Positions 60,764 through 64,000 of a stretch of 64,000 bases of DNA are shown here, in pieces. The DNA is taken from positions 159,303 to 223,302 of the IMG/VR virus record IMGVR_UViG_3300032294_002797; one strand, 5' to 3'. Each line of letters opens with the position of its first letter. Within the stretch, counting starts at the first letter, position 1. The notes beneath the pieces are model-generated. The model was not told where the DNA came from. It did not search any database and was given only the letters and a program-made list of their open reading frames with translations. Made by a program: the position numbers and the translations under genes.

Positions 60764-61435
60764 ATGCTTATCATAGTCAAAAAGTGCCCTAAATGCAAAG
60801 AGCATAAAATATTAGATAGTTTTTATAAAAGTAAAACACATTTATTTGAAAGAACATCTATATGTAAAATTTGTTGGAATAAATCTGGTAAAAAATATGT
60901 TCAAAAAAATAAAACAAAAGTTAAAGAATATAAAAAAGAGTATTATCAAAAAAATAAACAGAAAATAAAAGAAAAATATGAAGAACGACTTGTATCTAAT
61001 AAAGAAAAAATTTTAGAAAATAAAAGAAAATACTATCATAATAATAAAAAAATCCTAAAGAAAAAAATTAAATACTATCGACAAAATAATAAAGAAAAAA
61101 GAAATGCTCATGAAAGGAATAGAAGAAAAATAGATATTGTTTATAGAATCAAATTAAATTATAGATCTAGAATTTCTGGCATCATTAATGGAATAGGAAG
61201 AAAAAGCAAAAAAACAGAAGAAATGTTGGGTTGTTCATGGGAAACTTTTGTTAAATATTTAGAACAAAATTTCAAAAAAGGTATGAATTGGAATAATTAT
61301 GGGGATTGGCATATAGATCATGTGATACCTTTATGTACAGCAAAAACAGTGGATGAACTAAATAAATTAACTCATTATACTAATTGTCAACCCCTTTGGG
61401 CAGAAGAAAACTTGAAGAAGGGTGCAAAAATTTAA
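60764..61435 (+). CDS. free-standing HNH homing endonuclease-like protein
   Basis: CPKC/CKIC, WHIDHVIP..HYTNCQPLWAEEN; same family as 43404..44042. Confidence 0.85.
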   Translation: MLIIVKKCPKCKEHKILDSFYKSKTHLFERTSICKICWNKSGKKYVQKNKTKVKEYKKEYYQKNKQKIKEKYEERLVSNKEKILENKRKYYHNNKKILKKKIKYYRQNNKEKRNAHERNRRKIDIVYRIKLNYRSRISGIINGIGRKSKKTEEMLGCSWETFVKYLEQNFKKGMNWNNYGDWHIDHVIPLCTAKTVDELNKLTHYTNCQPLWAEENLKKGAKI

Positions 61436-61443
61436 TAACTTAG

Positions 61444-63283
61444 TTAAGTAAGAAATTCATCTTGACAATCATTACAAACCCAAAGACCACCAACAGACTC
61501 TACTCCATTGTTATGACTTTTGACTGGACAAAGATAACTATCATTAACAGATTCTTTTCTTTCACAAGTATAGATATATCGCCCACAAACCATACAAGTT
61601 TCAGTAGGAGCATCTGGATCGCAACATTTAATATTATTAGTCATAGAGTTTGCTTTTATAAATGTCTGGGTGAAAATTAACAATATTTGCAGTGGTATCC
61701 TCTATACCTAGAGCATACAAGACGTATGTGAAAAAAGCAAGACCTTCGTATCTATGTTTTGGATATTCTCCACAGCGTTTATCATAGTCTATAATCAATG
61801 GTCGTAGCTTGTCTAAAAATTCTTGATTAGTCATATCTATATTGTAAAAATTATGAGTTTAAAGTACCATAATATAAAAATTAACACTGGTATACCAGAA
61901 ATTATTGTTGCTAAAATTTCTGATCCTAATGTCAAATTACTACCAAATCTTAATAGTAAAGTAAAGAAATATAAAAATGCCCAAGCAAGTATGCAAATGA
62001 AACTAAAAGCAATATAAGATATAGATATAATCATAGAACTTCTGTAAGAATTCTCCAACTTTTAAGTTTGAGTCCTTCATTAATAACTTCTATTGGTTTA
62101 CCTTGAAGTTCATCAATAGTTTTAACTTTAGCATCTTTTAGTAACTGGTTGATCTTTTTGACCATCTCTGCTCTTTGTATTTGACGATCTTTTTCTGTCC
62201 ATTTAGTATATTTATCAACTTGAACCGTTTCGCCCCACCCACCACTAATAAAATCGAAAGAGCCACACCCACCAAAACTTAATTCCACAGTTAAACCAAA
62301 CTGAGCATCTTGGTATCCGCCATATCCAAAATATACCTTTTCAATTTTACCAAGTTCTTTTTTAGAATTCATCTTCTGTTACCTCTCTAAAGTCACTAGT
62401 ATGTCTCATAACCTCAATTCTGCCATTATCTAAGTCTGCCAAAACACAATGACCAGGAGCGTTTTTAATTTCGGTTAAGAATACAAAAAACTTTTTCTTA
62501 TTTGATCCATATCCCAACGAATCATAATATTTAATTTTATCTTGGTCTGATAATTGATTCCAAAAATCTGGATTAAAATTTTTTGGTTCAAAAACAACTA
62601 CTGTGCCGGGAGTAAAAGTATTCATATTTAGTCTTCTTTTGCTGCTTTAATTACATCTTCTCTTGAGATAATTACTGTAACACGATAATGATTTGACTTC
62701 CATTGTTCCCAAGCCTTACATAATACGCATCTAGGCTCATAGTCTGTACAAGGTTCTCCATAAATATCAATCATTTCATTCATAGTTAAAGGCAATGTAA
62801 CTTCAACAAAATTTAAACTAAATCCATAATGTGCTTTTAGATTTTCTAATTGATCTTTTTGAGTTAGTGGACTTTTATACATCTTATTTATCTAGTGTAG
62901 AATTCCACTTAAATTCAACTTTTCCTGTGTCATCCACTATTATCCAATGAGCCGCTCTATTGATAATGGCTTGTCTTTTAAATTTATGGTCTGTCCAGTT
63001 TGTTCCACAACCCCAGCCTATAACAAAACCAACTAATAGTATTAATGCTGCTGGTATAAAAAGTTCATTATACTTATCATCTATCATATTATTGTTGTCC
63101 TATAAAATTCCATTCAAATTCTACTGTTCCATCTTCATTAAGAGTCCAATGTGCGGCTTTATGTTCAATCGCTTGTTTTTTAAACTCTTGCGATGTTATA
63201 TGATTGCCCAATAAGACGCCTAACACCAAAAAACATAAACACATAACAGCACAAATACATCCAGCACCTTCATGTTCATACAT
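61444..63283 (-). other. cluster of small hypothetical genes including a tandem paralog pair (62884-63087, 63089-63283)
   Basis: FKxQAIxxxAAHW...GxVEFxWN shared by the pair. Confidence 0.65.
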
Positions 63284-63288
63284 ATTGT

Positions 63289-64000
63289 TTACTCTTTAAG
63301 TAAGAAATCATTATTTATGGCTTTGAAACTAATTTCTCCACATATACTACGAATAACAATCCCCTCACGATCCTGAGATTCTTTTGCAGAAGGGAAGTGA
63401 GTTTTATACTTGCCTCTCGCCATTTCCAGTAGATCGGTCTTAGTATAAGCGAAACTTGAGCCTTTGTCAACTATAGGAACAAAATTCAAACCAAGTTGAG
63501 AGGTTACAATTAAAGATTTATCTAAACATAATTTTTGACCTGTTCTAATATCTACCACATTAAATATATAAAGATCAACATGAGATAATCCTAATGGGTT
63601 TTTTTGAATACCCGGCCCAACAACTTCTCCCTGTAATGCTAGTCTGTGACCTTTTTCCCAAAAATTCCTTAAACCCTGCTCAATATTGTATTTTCTACTT
63701 AAGACCCAAAAGTTATGGGTGTCGTTTTCTTTATAGGAGAAATTTCTTCCACAAACATGATAAGTTTCATCTTTGGGATCAATTAAAAATGTACTAGAAG
63801 TTCCATCTAATTTAAGACTAATATAGTAAGACTTTCCAGTTAATCTTTCAATAAATCCATACTCATCGTCTAATTGAACACGTACTTCATCTGTTTTACT
63901 TATGGGCCAGTTAAAACTTCGTGCATCTCCTACTATTTGTACTGGAATTGGTGGTTCGTATTTTTCAATACCTAATAGATCAGTAACATCAGCCCCAGCA
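63289..64000 (-). CDS. RNA ligase (Rnl2/DRB0094-like), partial; 5' end outside the window
   Basis: Frame open to the window end: KTDEVRVQ, KLDGTS, CGRN, LQGEVVGPGIQKN, REGIVIR, SFKAINNDFLLKE. Confidence 0.9.
   Translation of the reverse strand, partial: AGADVTDLLGIEKYEPPIPVQIVGDARSFNWPISKTDEVRVQLDDEYGFIERLTGKSYYISLKLDGTSSTFLIDPKDETYHVCGRNFSYKENDTHNFWVLSRKYNIEQGLRNFWEKGHRLALQGEVVGPGIQKNPLGLSHVDLYIFNVVDIRTGQKLCLDKSLIVTSQLGLNFVPIVDKGSSFAYTKTDLLEMARGKYKTHFPSAKESQDREGIVIRSICGEISFKAINNDFLLKE

Noticed and set aside
1-64000. Stop-codon reassignment, seen in some large phages
   Set aside because: Conserved genes are full length under code 11, and TAA, TAG and TGA all terminate genes

Overview
AT-rich, gene-dense segment of a large tailed dsDNA phage (jumbo/huge-phage type). 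Nearly all genes are on the minus strand and the standard genetic code fits. 1-15.9 kb holds tail-fibre, lectin (LamG) and other virion genes, plus a sulfotransferase and a GC-rich beta-solenoid repeat gene. 15.9-31.7 kb holds regulatory and accessory genes: DeoC-like, ClpP-like, sigma factor, PAP2 phosphatase, bacterioferritin-like, glycosyltransferase, GMP reductase, SET, NDT, macrodomain, two serine proteases, HNH, an actin-like ATPase, and RuvB with a truncated RuvA. 32-52 kb holds replication and repair genes (RepB-type primase, rIIA/rIIB, HhH glycosylase, DNA ligase, EndoVII, deaminase, UvsE, ThyX). 52-64 kb holds many small hypothetical genes and a partial RNA ligase. RNA genes not shown in the ORF track: a short-variable-arm tRNA-Leu(UAA) split by a 201-nt group I intron, a tmRNA, an unclassified tRNA-like RNA with a G3.U70 pair directly upstream of the primase gene, and a long hairpin abutting the tRNA. 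Two promoter classes are visible: sigma70-like with a CGAT spacer motif, and a putative phage RGTGTAT class. All calls come from reading motifs by eye; no database search was run.
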